Source: an uncultured delta proteobacterium (GTDB lineage: Bacteria; Desulfobacterota; Binatia; JACPRU01). From it: 64,000 nucleotides of DNA. Under the pieces are notes generated by a model. That model was not told where the DNA came from. It did not search any database and saw nothing but the letters and a program-made list of their open reading frames with translations. The stretch covers positions 864,001 to 928,000 of the forward strand of contig CAVUWD010000016.1 in assembly GCA_963745025.1 (NCBI GenBank), read 5' to 3'. How positions within the stretch are numbered: the stretch's first letter is position 1; each line of letters begins with the position of its first letter. This document shows positions 29,774 to 41,017 of this stretch, piece after piece. The translations under genes and the position numbers were made by a program.

Positions 29774-29869
29774 GCCCACTAGCGAGGAGCGAGCAATCCC
29801 GGAGGCGAACCCGTTCCACGTGAGCGGCGCCGCGAGGCGTGGTGCTCTTCCGGGTTGGCACGGAGGGAC

Positions 29870-29990
29870 TGAATCTCGCGCCGTACCAGGCCACTTTCAA
29901 GCCGCTCCTTTACGAGGTCGGACTCGCCATCGTGCTCACACTACTACTCGAGGAGACGGGGCCGGCCGCGCGGCGGCCCTCGCGGAGGCC
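29870..29990 (+). pseudogene. Possible C-terminal remnant of an MFS transporter
   Basis: YQATFKPLLYEVGLAIVLTLLLEETGPAAR: a last TM helix followed by the xET motif typical of MFS C-termini. Confidence 0.45.
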
Positions 29991-29995
29991 AGACC

Positions 29996-30932
29996 ATGAC
30001 GCAACCTGGAACCGGTAAGTACGAACGGCTGCTGGAACGCTGCCGGGGCCTGGCCCCGATCCCGACGGCGGTCGCCTGGCCCTGCGAGGAGACGGCGCTG
30101 GCCGGCGCGATCGATGCCGCCAAAAAGGGACTGATCATGCCGATCCTGGTCGGGCCCGACGGCGACGATCGCCGAGCTCGCCAAGGCCAAGGGCATCGAC
30201 CTCGGCGGCGACCGAAGTCGTGGACGTCGCCGACAGCCACGCCGCCGCCGCCAAGGCGGTGGAACTGGTGCGCGAGGGCAAGGCCGAGCTGCTGATGAAG
30301 GGGAGCCTCCACTCCGACGAGATTCTCGGCGCGGTCGTCGCGCGAGGAGACCGGCCTGCGCACCGGCCGGCGCCTGAGCCACGTCTTCCTGATGGACGTG
30401 CCGACCTATCACAAGGTCCTGATCGTCACCGACGCCGCGATCAACATCGCGCCGACGCTCGAGGACAAGGTGGACATCTGCCAGAACGCGATCGACCTGG
30501 CGAGGTCGTTCGGCGTGGAGCGGCCGAAGGTGGCGATCCTCGCCGCGGTCGAGACGGTGAACTCGAAGATGCCCGCCACGCTCGACGCCGCCGCCCTCTG
30601 CAAGATGGCCGAGCGCGGGCAGATCAAGGGCGGGCGTGCTCGATGGGCCGCTGGCGTTCGACAACGCCATCAGCCGCGATGCGGCGAAGATGAAGGGGAT
30701 CAACTCGGAGGTGGCCGGCGATCCCGACATCCTGCTGGCGCCCGACCTCGAGGCCGGCAACATGATGGCCAAGCAGCTGAGCTTCCTGGCCAACGCCGAC
30801 AGCGCCGGCCTGGTGCTGGGCGCCCGGGTGCCGGTCATCCTGACCAGCCGCGCCGACAGCCTCCGCTCGCGGATCGCCAGCTGCGCCGTCGCGGTGCTCG
30901 CGGCCCACGCCCGGCGCCAGCCGCCGCGCTGA
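29996..30932 (+). CDS. pta: Phosphate acetyl/butyryltransferase (multiple frameshifts)
   Basis: LMKGSLH, TDAAINIAP, PKVAILAAVE, DGPLAFDNA, PDLEAGN, VILTSRAD. Confidence 0.9.
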
Positions 30933-30949
30933 GCGAGACGAGGCGGGCC

Positions 30950-32151
30950 ATGGACGACTACGCACTCGTCCTCAACGCCGGCTCCTCGAGCCTGAAGTTC
31001 TGCGTGTACCGCCGGCCCGACGAGGACGCGTGGCGGCTCGAGGCGCGCGGGCCAGATCGACGGGATCGGAACCTCGCCCCGCCTCACCGCCAAGGACGAC
31101 GCCGGCGCGTCGCTGGCCGACGAGAAGCTGGACGCGTCGGTGACGGACGGCCGCGCCGCGCTCGACGTCCTGGCCGGATGGCTCCGCGCCCGCTACGGCG
31201 GGTCGCGCGTGCTCGGCGTCGGCCACCGCGTGGTGCACGGCGGCGCGAAGTACGCCGGCCCCTGCGTCGTCACGCCCGAGGTGCTCGACGATCTTCGCGC
31301 GCTGATCCCGCTGGCGCCGCTCCACCAGCCCTACAACCTCGCCGCCATCGAGGCGGTGAGCGAGCGGCTGCCCGGCGTGCCGCAGGTGGCCTGCTTCGAC
31401 ACCAGCTTCCATCGCGGCCAGCCGGCGGTGGCGGAGCTGGTGCCGCTGCCCGAAGGCCATCCGCGACACCGGCGTGCAGCGCTACGGCTTCCACGGGCTC
31501 TCCTACGAGTACATCGCGTCGGTGCTGCCCGAGGTCGCGCCGGAGATCGCCGACGGCCGCGTGATCGTCGCCCACCTCGGCAGCGGCGCCAGCCTCTGCG
31601 CGCTGAACGCGGCGGAAGAGCGTGGACAGCACGCTCGGCTTCACCGCGCTCGACGGGCTCTGCATGGGCACGCGGCCGGGGTCGGTCGATCCGGGCGTGA
31701 TCCTCCACCTGTTCCAGACGATGGGGCTCTCGGCGGCCGAGGTGGAGAACGATGCTCTACAAGCAGTCCGGGCTGCTCGGGATCTCGGGCATCAGCAACG
31801 ACATGCGCGACCTGCTCGACAGCCCCGACCCGGCGGCGCGCCTGGCGGTGGACTACTTCGTCTACCAGGCCGCGAAGCAGATCGGCGCGCTCGCCGCCGT
31901 GCTCGGCGGGGTCGACGCGCTGGTCTTCACCGCCGGGATCGGCGAGCACTCCGCCGAGATCCGCCGCCGGATCTGCGAGGCGTCCGCGTGGCTCGGCGTG
32001 ACGCTCGACGCCGACGCCAACGCCGCGCACGGACCGCAGGATCTCCACCGCCGGCAGCCGCGTCTCGGCCTGGGTCATCCCGACCAACGAAGAACTGATG
32101 ATCGCCCGGCACACGGGCGCGCTGCTCGGCATTGCCGGTCGCCGCGCTTGA
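30950..32151 (+). CDS. ackA: Acetate/propionate kinase (multiple frameshifts)
   Basis: [64 protein letters not shown]. Confidence 0.95.
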
Positions 32152-32177
32152 CGGCGCGTGCGCCAATGGAGTCTGAC

Positions 32178-34457
32178 ATGACCGCTGACCGCACCGAAGC
32201 CGACTACGAAGAGCCATCCTGAAGTCGCCATGGGAAGGATTCAGCGGGGCCCTCTGGCAGAGGGAGATCAACGTCCGAGCCTTCATCCAGCTGAACTACA
32301 CGCCCTACGAGGGGGACGAGACCTTCCTCGCGCCGGCGACCGCGCGGACGAAGCAGATCTGGGAGACGCTGACGAAGCTGTTCGTCGAGGAGCGCAAGAA
32401 AGGCGTCCTCGACATCTCCCAGATCCCGAGCTCGATCACGGCGCACGCGCCCGGCTACATCGACAAGGACAACGAGATCATCGTCGGGCTCCAGACCGAG
32501 GCGCCGCTCAAGCGCGCCATCATGCCGAACGGCGGGTTCCGCATGGTGCTCGAGCGCCCTCAAGGCCTACGGCTACGAGCCCGACCCGCACGTCGTGGAG
32601 GCGTTCACCAAGTACCGAAAGACCCACAACGAGGGCGTCTTCGACGCCTACACCGCCGACATCCGCGCGGTGCCGGAGCTCGCACGTGCTCGACCGGGCT
32701 GCCGGACGCCTACGGCCGCGGCCGGATCATCGGCGACTACCGGCGCGTGGCGCTCTACGGCGTGGACCGCCTGATCGAGCACAAGAAGCAGGAGAAGCTG
32801 GCGCTCGATCCCGAGCCGTCCACCGAGGAGATCATCCGCGACCGCGAGGAACTGTCGGAGCAGATCCGGGCGCTCGAGGAACTGAAGAAGATGGCGGCGA
32901 GCTACGGCTACGACATCTCGGGCCCGGCCCGCACCGCGCGCGAGGCGGTGCAGTGGCTCTACTTCGGCTACCTGGCCGCGGTGAAGGAGCAGAACGGCGC
33001 GGCGATGTCGCTCGGCCGCTGCTCGACCTTCCTCGACATCTACTTCGAGCGCGACCTCAAGGCGGGCCGGCTGACCGAGGAGCAGGCCCAGGAGATCATC
33101 GACGACTTCGTCATCAAGCTCCGGATCGTGCGCTTCCTCCGCACGCCGGAGTACGACGAGCTGTTCGCCGGCGATCCCACCTGGGTGACGGAGTCGATCG
33201 GCGGCATGGGGGACGACGGCCGCTCGCTGGTGACCAAGACCAGCTTCCGGATGCTGCAGACGCTCTACAACCTGGGGCCGGCGCCGGAGCCCAACCTGAC
33301 CATCTGGTATTCCGCGCGGCTGCCCGACGGCTTCCGGCGGTTCGCGGCGAAGGTGGCGATCGACACCAGCTCGCTCCAGTTCGAGAGCGACGAGATCATG
33401 CGGCGCACCTGGGGCGACGACGGCGCCGATCGCCTGCTGCGTGTCGCCGATGCTGGTCGGCAAGCAGATGCAGTTCTTCGGGGCGCGGGCCAACCTGGCC
33501 AAGTGCCTGCTCTACGCCATCAACGGCGGCCGCGACGAGATCAGCGGCAAGCAGGTCGGGCCGGCGTCGGAGCCGGTGCAGGGCGAGTACCTCGACTTCG
33601 ACGACGTGGCTACCCGGTTCGAGAAGATGATGGACTGGCTGGCGGGCGTCTACGTCAACGCCATGAACGTCATCCACTACATGCACGACAAGTACGCCTA
33701 CGAGCGGATCGAGATGGCGCTGCACGACTATGCGCCGCTCCGGACGATGGCGTTCGGCATGGCCGGCCTCTCGGTCGTGGCCGACAGCCTCTCGGCGATC
33801 AAGTACGCCAGGGTCAAGGTGATCCGCGACGAGACCGGGCTGGTGACGGACTACCAGACCGAGGGCGAGTTCCCGGTGTTCGGCAACAACGACAACCGGG
33901 TGGACCAGATCGCCGCCTGGGTGGTCAGCACCTTCATGAGCGAAGCTCCGGAAGCACCCGACCTACCGCAACGCCATGCACACCCAGTCGATCCTGACCA
34001 TCACCTCGAACGTGGTGTACGGAAAGGCGACCGGAAACACGCCGGACGGACGGCGCCAGGGCGAGCCGTTCGCGCCGGGCGCCAACCCGATGCACGGCCG
34101 GGACAGCCACGGGATCCACGCCGCCGCGGCCTCGGTGGCCAAGATCCCCTATCGCGACGCGGCGGACGGCATCTCGCTGACGACGACGCTGGTGCCGACG
34201 GGGCTCGGGCGGGTCGCCGAGGACCGGATCACCAACCTCACCGGCGATGCTGGACGCCTTCTTCAGCGCCACCGGCTATCACATGAACGTCAACGTCCTG
34301 AACCGGGAGACGCTGCTCGACGCGATGGACCATCCGGAGAAGTACCCGAGCCTGACGATCCGGGTCTCGGGCTACGCGGTGAACTTCGTGCGGCTCACCC
34401 GCGAGCAGCAGATGGACGTCATCAACCGCACCTTCCACGGAGAGAGCCAATGTCTGA
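32178..34457 (+). CDS. pflB: Pyruvate formate-lyase (multiple frameshifts; exact ends uncertain)
   Basis: [31 protein letters not shown] active-site cysteines, TIRVSGYAV glycyl-radical motif. Confidence 0.95.
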
Positions 34458-35287
34458 GACCCAGACCGTCCCGCTCGAGGCGAAGAGCCCGTTCGAGCTC
34501 CGGGTCCACCTCGGCGACGACGTGCCGGAGCAGAGCGTGCGCGAGGCGCTCGCAACCGGCGACATGGGATTCCTCCATTCCTTCACGACCGGCTCGACGG
34601 TGGACGGTCCGGGGGTGCGGGTGGTGGCGTGGACCACGGGCTGCATGTGGCGCTGCCGGTACTGCCACAACCCCGACACCTGGACGCTGACCAACGGCAT
34701 CCCCGTCTCGGTGGCGAGGGCGGCGGAGGAGCTCGGGAAGTATCGCCACGGCCTCAAGGTCATGTCGGGCGGCTTCACGCTGAGCGGCGGGGAGCCGCTG
34801 ATGCAGCACCGCTTCGCGGCCAAGCTACTGGCGGCCGCGAAGCAGATGGGGATCCACACCACGATCGAGACCAACGGCTACTACGGCGACCGGCTCAGCG
34901 ACGCCGAGCTCGACACCATCGACCTGGTGATGCTGGGGATCAAGACGTGGGACCCGGCGCGCCACAAGGCGCTCACCGGGATGGACGTCGCACCCCACGC
35001 TCGCGTTCGCGCGTCGGCTGGCGGCGCGCCGCCGGCCGATCTGGATCCGGTTCGTGCTGGTGCCGGGGCTGACCGACGATATGGAGGACCTGGCCAAGAC
35101 GGCGGAGTTCGCCGCCGGCCTCGGCAACGTCGAGCGGGTGGAGGTGCTGCCGTTCCACCAGATGGGCCGCTTCAAGTGGGAGCGGCTCGGCCTCGACTAC
35201 ACCCTGCGCGACGTCGAGCCCCCGACGGCGGAGGCGGCGGAGCGGGCCTGCGAGGTGTTCAGGGAGGCCGGCCTGAAGGCATCCTAG
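34450..35287 (+). CDS. pflA: PFL-activating radical SAM enzyme (frameshift near 34990)
   Basis: [46 protein letters not shown]. Confidence 0.95.
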
Positions 35288-35393
35288 TCCTGTGCTCTCC
35301 AAGCGGTGAGCGCCATCCGGTTATGTAGTTTTCGGCCGCTTGTGCCGGCTAGCCTCCACCAGGCGAACGTCCGATCCCATCATTGGTAGATGG

Positions 35394-36239
35394 CTAAATG
35401 CGCGCCTGGTCCCCGGTCGGTGTCCGCACCGCCGGGCGTTGCTTGCGTGTCTTCGAGCGACGCTTCTCCTGCAGCTCGTGAGAGTAGAACTCGAGGGCTG
35501 TCTTCGTCTTGGTCTCCTGGACGCTACTGATCGTTACCCCGTGCTTGGTGACGTAGGCCCGCAACTGGGTTGCGACGTTGAAAGCATCTTCCGGCAAGCA
35601 CTTGGTCGAGATCTCGAGCAGGCGCGAACCGTCGGGATAAAGCCAGAACTCTGCCACGACTTTTCTGTTCATGCCCTTTGGCCAGAACACCATCTTCAGA
35701 GCGAAGATAGGGCCGAGCGTCGCAAGGGAATCTAGCCGGATCTTTCTTGGAGCGTGTTTCTCGTAGAACGCCCGTTGCTCCTTACTGAAGAGCTTGCGAA
35801 GTGGCATCGCTCTCGCGGCCACGTCGCGCACCTGATCGCCGCGTGCCTTGCCCTTCAGGGAGCCCGAACAAACGAAACCGCCCGGCAAGCAGTCTACCTC
35901 TACTTTGAAACTCCCCGACTTCCGGAGGTCATCCGGAAGCTCCGCGGGTACGACCGGCCGCAACTTGACGACGGTGTCCGCGCCGCCACCCGGGACGCGA
36001 CGAGCGCGCACCACCACACCAGCCTGGTTCAGCGCGAGATCGGGAGTGTCGAAAAAAAACACCTGCCTCGGCTCGGCTTCGACGGGATCGAGGGGAAGCG
36101 CGGCGATCGTGGCTCTGTGCTCTGTCGCCTGCACGGTGAGTTTGAGCTCCACACTGTCGGCGCCGTGGATCAGCGCCATGACCTGCAAGAGTTGCGCGTG
36201 CGTCAAGCGCGTTTCGTTGCTGGTTGGCGGCTTTCTCAT
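35394..36239 (-). CDS. CYTH-like (triphosphate tunnel) protein
   Basis: SVELKL, FFDTPDLAL...GVVVRAR....DTVVKLRP, E.W..PDG...LEIS.K. Confidence 0.75.
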   Translation of the reverse strand: MRKPPTSNETRLTHAQLLQVMALIHGADSVELKLTVQATEHRATIAALPLDPVEAEPRQVFFFDTPDLALNQAGVVVRARRVPGGGADTVVKLRPVVPAELPDDLRKSGSFKVEVDCLPGGFVCSGSLKGKARGDQVRDVAARAMPLRKLFSKEQRAFYEKHAPRKIRLDSLATLGPIFALKMVFWPKGMNRKVVAEFWLYPDGSRLLEISTKCLPEDAFNVATQLRAYVTKHGVTISSVQETKTKTALEFYSHELQEKRRSKTRKQRPAVRTPTGDQARI

Positions 36240-36289
36240 GTCAGACTCCTCGGTTTCAATCTTCGCCCCTTGACGCATACGCGAACCGT

Positions 36290-37783
36290 TCAAGGACCGA
36301 AGCGCTCCATGAGCAGGCCGTGACGGAGCCCGCGATCGCTGACGGTCAAGGACTCTGCGCCGAGCTTCTCCATGATGCTTCGGATGATACAAGCCCCAGC
36401 CAGAATGACCTCAGCCCGCTTGGGCTGAAGGCCGATAATGGAGCGGCGAGCGTCCGCGTCTCGCGAAGCGTAGAGGTCGATCTGTCGGTTGATCTCGTCC
36501 CGGCGAAGGAGGCTGCCTTGCACGACATCGGGATCGTAGGTTGCGAGGCCGTGCATCACCGCAGTGATGTTGGTCACGGCGCCGCCCATTCCTACCAGGG
36601 CGTGCGGCCTGGGGCGGCCGTCGAGCCTGCCGAGATCTGCCGCGAGGGTCGCCAAGACCTCGCGGATGACCTCGGGCGTCACGGCTTTCGCGAGCCCGAA
36701 GCGCTCCGTGTAGCGAACCGCGCCCACGTCGACGCTGAAGCGCTCGTCGACCTCGGTACCGCGACCGAAGGTGAACTGAGAACTCCCGCCGCCCGTGTCG
36801 AACACGACCACGGAGTCGGCCGCAAGCCCCAGCCAGGTCACCACGGCCAGGTAGGCGAGGCGGGCCTCTTCCTCGCCGGGGATGACCTCGACGGAGATGC
36901 CGGTGGCCTCGCGCATTGCGGCCAGGACCGCCTCGCGGTTACCAGCGATGCGCAGGCCTGCTGTGCCTACAGCGGCGATCGCCCTGACCCCATTCTTCTT
37001 CGCTTCGTCGACCATCGCCCGCACGGCAGCGGTTGTGCGGGACAGGGCGACGTTTGAAATCTCGCCGCTCTCTTCGAGGCCCTCGCCGAGACGGGTGACC
37101 TCGGCCCGGTCGGCCACGCTTCGCCACGATCCTTCCCTAACGCGCTGCGCGATGTGGAACTTGACCGAGTTCGTGCCGACGTCGATCACCGCGTAAAGTT
37201 CAGGTTCGGCGTGAATCAGCGCGCCCAGGCCGCGGCGGTAATTCATGTTGGTCCAGCCGCCGAGCCCCATCGCGCTCACCAGAGCAACGACGGCGTTCTG
37301 GTTCTCCGACTCGATGGCGAGGGTTCGCGTGGGCTTGCCGTCCGCTACCACGTCCGACAGTTCGACCATGCACCCGGCGAGCGAGTAACGAACCCTCCTC
37401 TTGTGCACGGATACTGCTCGCAGTGGCCCCCCGGCCCCGGCGAAGTCGCGGATGAAGTCTTCGACGCTCCAGGTTGGCCGTGAAAAGGCCGGCAGGGCGA
37501 GGCGAAGCGCCTCGAAGACCTGCGTCACGTCAGCCACGGACAGCGGGAAGCCCGCCTTCATCACAGGCTCCCAGCGTTCGAGACCGTAGACGTCGACCTC
37601 TCTCAGGAGTTTGATGTCCATCAAGTCGTTTCGCAGCTTGACGATGCCTCCGGCCTCGGAGAGGAAATAAATCTCGTCGCTCTCCTGGACTCCGGTGCTC
37701 TGCTGAGCAGCGAGCCATGCTTCGGCCGACTTCAAACGCGTACCGAAGGTCCGCCACTCCCACCGCGTCATGATCTCCGGCAT
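36290..37783 (-). CDS. Ppx/GppA phosphatase with N-terminal CYTH-like domain
   Basis: C-terminal half has IDVGTNSVK, RLGEG, TAGLR, GEEEA, DTGGGS and GLRHG. The N-terminal ~190 aa have WEWRTF, VKLR..MDIK, VHKRR and LAIESE. Confidence 0.85.
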   Translation of the reverse strand: MPEIMTRWEWRTFGTRLKSAEAWLAAQQSTGVQESDEIYFLSEAGGIVKLRNDLMDIKLLREVDVYGLERWEPVMKAGFPLSVADVTQVFEALRLALPAFSRPTWSVEDFIRDFAGAGGPLRAVSVHKRRVRYSLAGCMVELSDVVADGKPTRTLAIESENQNAVVALVSAMGLGGWTNMNYRRGLGALIHAEPELYAVIDVGTNSVKFHIAQRVREGSWRSVADRAEVTRLGEGLEESGEISNVALSRTTAAVRAMVDEAKKNGVRAIAAVGTAGLRIAGNREAVLAAMREATGISVEVIPGEEEARLAYLAVVTWLGLAADSVVVFDTGGGSSQFTFGRGTEVDERFSVDVGAVRYTERFGLAKAVTPEVIREVLATLAADLGRLDGRPRPHALVGMGGAVTNITAVMHGLATYDPDVVQGSLLRRDEINRQIDLYASRDADARRSIIGLQPKRAEVILAGACIIRSIMEKLGAESLTVSDRGLRHGLLMERFGP

Positions 37784-38146
37784 CGCCGCCTCCTGAAGAG
37801 TCGATGGCGAGTCAGGGCGATCGTGCTGTAAAGGCGCAACACGGTTAGCATCGTCTTCTCCTTCCTCTTAGAGATGTGCGCTCTAGATCTAGTCCTATTT
37901 GGCTGTCGCGTGTTCTGGTCGTGCACCTGCAGGAATGCGGTGCACAGACGGCGACGGCGGCTGCACCGTGGGCCGGCGCCACGGCTGCGCTCGAGGTAAC
38001 GTGCGGCGGTTGCTTCGTTGCCGACAGGCGACACATCAACCCGAATACGCCTGTATCACGGTAGTCCGCCAGGGCCCCAGTGCCAGTGGCCGTGCGGGGC
38101 GTCTTAAAGGCCGGTGGAGAACCACGCTCGACGATCTGATGCGGAG

Positions 38147-40534
38147 TCAGTGCGGGGGTGATGTAACCTCGACAACCCATTCCACGGCCTGATCCAGCGA
38201 CGCGCCCGGCGGCATAACGCCCGCCGAGCGGTCGAAGTCCCTCCAGGTGAGCGGCCCCCGAATCCCCCACGGCCGGAGCGTTAGGGTGCGGCCCACGGGA
38301 TCCACCGTCACGACGACGAAGCTCTGAAAGAACGGCGCGACGTTGTAGTCGAACATCGCCGACAGCCACTCGGGTGACGAAGGCCATGCGCCGAGATTGA
38401 GCGTCCAGAACCATGCCGGCCTCTTCCACCAGGGCGTGTTGACCTGGATCTTCTCGACGACGTCGTGCCGGCTTGGATAGTACGCCCACTGCGGGGTGAC
38501 GGGCTCGGCCGGCCAGGCCAGGGACGTGCCAAAGCTCAGGTAGGCCCCGCCCCCGCCGTTCACCCAATGATGGACGGTGACGGGGCCGGACGGACCATCC
38601 ACGGGCTCCAGATAGTATTCGAGGTCGTGCGTGTCGCCCGCCATCACGACCGGCACGCCGTATTCGCGAAGCACGTTGCGCACGACCATGAACCCTTCGT
38701 CGCCCTTGCCGACGTCCTGGCCGCCGGCAAGGAGCGGGTGCCCGAGGACGGCCATCACCATCTTCCCGCGCGACCTATCGAGTACCGCGCGAAGCCATTT
38801 CAGCTCCTCGTCGTCCACACGCCGCAGCACGCCCGTATCCACGGCGACGAGCGCGAACGCTGGCGTCTGCACCTGAAAGAAGGGCGCCTGCTGGAATCCA
38901 GTGGCCACGCCGTATTCGCGACGCAGGAAGGCCGCCTTCTCTATGAACTCCTCGATCCTCGCGTCCGTCGTGCTGGACAGTCCTTCGTCCGCCGCGATGC
39001 GGGCGCGCATGGCGGCCCGGGCGGCCTCGGGCCGGAAAAACGTAGCCACGAACCCCTCGAGAGCGTCGTACCAGTCGTGATTGCCTGGAATCGCGTAGAC
39101 GGGCTTCGAAACGCCCTTGAAGGGAAGCCAGAATCGAGACTCGTAGTCGCGCATCGCCCCTGTGGGGTACACCACGTCCGACGACAACAGCACGAAGCGC
39201 ACGTCGTCCACCGCCGCAGCGCGAATCAGCGAGTCGCGCAGCACGTCCTGGCTGGCATCACCTTCGCCCGTGTCGCCGATGACGATGAAGGAGAACGGCT
39301 TGGAGTCGGTTAGGCCTTCCGGGCTCACGGTGAAGCCCTTCGCGTCGAGCGTCGTCTGGCCGGCGTCCACCACGGCTCGCACCATCGCGGCGCGCCAGAC
39401 GTCCGTGCGCGCCGCTGCCCAAGAGTTCCAGATCCCGGCGGCCCAGTTCTCGGTGTCGAAATACCAGCTCATGCCCCAGATAGGGACCGAGGCGACGATG
39501 ACGGCGGCCATCGGCAGCCCGATCTGGAGACCCCGTCCAAAGGCGGAGCGCAGCGAATAGCGGGCCGAACGGAGCCGAATCGCGAAACGCATGCGCGATT
39601 CGAGCCAGGCACGGAGGGCGCGCTCGGCCCAGGCCGCTAGACCCGTTCGCGGCGGTGCGTCCAGCACGCGCTCCCACGCCCCGCGTTCGAGTCTGCGGGT
39701 CAGGCGGCGCCCGAGCAGGCGGAGCGGGACGATGATGAAGTACGCCAAGCCGAGCGCGACGACGACGTCACCGATCACGGCGACGAGGGGCGACAGGACA
39801 CCGAGGGCCGACTTGTCGAGGCCCATGCGGCTGACGTGAATCGTGAAGAGGACCGCCAAGAGCGCGGCGATCCACCCGCGATCCGCCGCGACGCGGCTCT
39901 CCTCGTTCGACTGAAGGCGGGCCCCGGTCTCGGTCAAGCGTTCGGGCCGCTCGATACCGATGTCGGCGATGACGCTCTCGTCCGCTTCGCGCTCGGAATG
40001 GACGGGTGCCGTCACGAGATTGGTCGTCGTTCCGACCAGCCGCAGGCCCGCGGCCAGCGCCACGACCCAGTCGACCGCAACCCGGCGGAGCAGCAGCACG
40101 CCGACCATGACCGCCAGGTTCCAGACTGCGGCCCATGCGGCGTGGAGGAACGACTGGCGCCTCGCCGCCTGGCGCAGGGCCACTCCCAACTGTCGGAGCC
40201 CGTCGACCGCGAACGGCACGGCGACGAAGATCGCCAGCGCGCTGACGACCAGCCCGGCGGCGTTCAAGAGCAGGAGCGCGAGCAGCAGTGTGTAGGCGCC
40301 CCCGACCCAGGCGCTGCGCTGCGCGACCGCCGTCCGCCTCCTGAATCCCTGAGTGATCTCGGCCGCTGCGCCGCCCAGAAGAAGCATGCCCGCCATGCGC
40401 GCCGGCTCCGCGGCCCAGATCGGCGTGAGGAGCGCAGCAACGGCTAGGAGCGTCGTGAAGGCGGCCAGTGCCCGCGTGCGCTCGCCAGTGGGTGCTCGGA
40501 GCGACTGAAACACTGTGGCCAGGCGTTGATTCAA
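38147..40534 (-). CDS. Multi-TM membrane protein fused to a calcineurin-like metallophosphoesterase
   Basis: About 9 TM segments, then IGDTG, SSDVVY, PGNHDW, GHP and AGDTH motifs. Confidence 0.85.
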   Translation of the reverse strand: MNQRLATVFQSLRAPTGERTRALAAFTTLLAVAALLTPIWAAEPARMAGMLLLGGAAAEITQGFRRRTAVAQRSAWVGGAYTLLLALLLLNAAGLVVSALAIFVAVPFAVDGLRQLGVALRQAARRQSFLHAAWAAVWNLAVMVGVLLLRRVAVDWVVALAAGLRLVGTTTNLVTAPVHSEREADESVIADIGIERPERLTETGARLQSNEESRVAADRGWIAALLAVLFTIHVSRMGLDKSALGVLSPLVAVIGDVVVALGLAYFIIVPLRLLGRRLTRRLERGAWERVLDAPPRTGLAAWAERALRAWLESRMRFAIRLRSARYSLRSAFGRGLQIGLPMAAVIVASVPIWGMSWYFDTENWAAGIWNSWAAARTDVWRAAMVRAVVDAGQTTLDAKGFTVSPEGLTDSKPFSFIVIGDTGEGDASQDVLRDSLIRAAAVDDVRFVLLSSDVVYPTGAMRDYESRFWLPFKGVSKPVYAIPGNHDWYDALEGFVATFFRPEAARAAMRARIAADEGLSSTTDARIEEFIEKAAFLRREYGVATGFQQAPFFQVQTPAFALVAVDTGVLRRVDDEELKWLRAVLDRSRGKMVMAVLGHPLLAGGQDVGKGDEGFMVVRNVLREYGVPVVMAGDTHDLEYYLEPVDGPSGPVTVHHWVNGGGGAYLSFGTSLAWPAEPVTPQWAYYPSRHDVVEKIQVNTPWWKRPAWFWTLNLGAWPSSPEWLSAMFDYNVAPFFQSFVVVTVDPVGRTLTLRPWGIRGPLTWRDFDRSAGVMPPGASLDQAVEWVVEVTSPPH

Positions 40535-40747
40535 TGCGTCAGAGAGGCTTTAAGAGCGATCATTTCGCGCCTGCGGTCAAGGACGGAATCCAGTACTGTT
40601 CAGGCGTGACCGGGACGTGGCCCGATCACGGCACCATTCACGCGAAGGCTCAAAAGGGGTCGGCTGCGCAGTCTGGGCGATCGGGCTGGGAGCATGCATC
40701 CGGACGCCTTGTCATTCTTCTTCGATCCGTGATCAAAAAAAACGTCT

Positions 40748-41017
40748 ATGAAAAAGCTCTTTGAGTTTGTCATGAGCACGCTCGTTAGGGGCATGCTCTT
40801 CGTGGTCCCGGTTTACCTCTCCATCTTGCTGCTGCTCAAGGCCATGAAATCGGTAGTGGCTCTTGTGCGGCCGCTTGCCATGTTGTTCCCGGAATGGTTC
40901 CCCGCTGAACGCCTTCTCTCTCTTCTCATCGTGTTAGTCGTTTGTTTTCTCGTCGAGGTGGTCCTCCATAGGCGCGGCACTAGGACGCCGGCACTGCCGG
41001 CTCTCCGGCCGCTTTGA
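40748..41017 (+). pseudogene. 5' remnant of a DUF502-like membrane protein
   Basis: STLVRGMLFVVPV...ALVRPLA..two TM helices, then truncated. Confidence 0.55.

Noticed and set aside
28160-35287. Programmed frameshifting or phase variation in the fermentation genes
   Set aside because: The shifts are too numerous and are not at slippery heptamers or long repeats; sequencing error is simpler.
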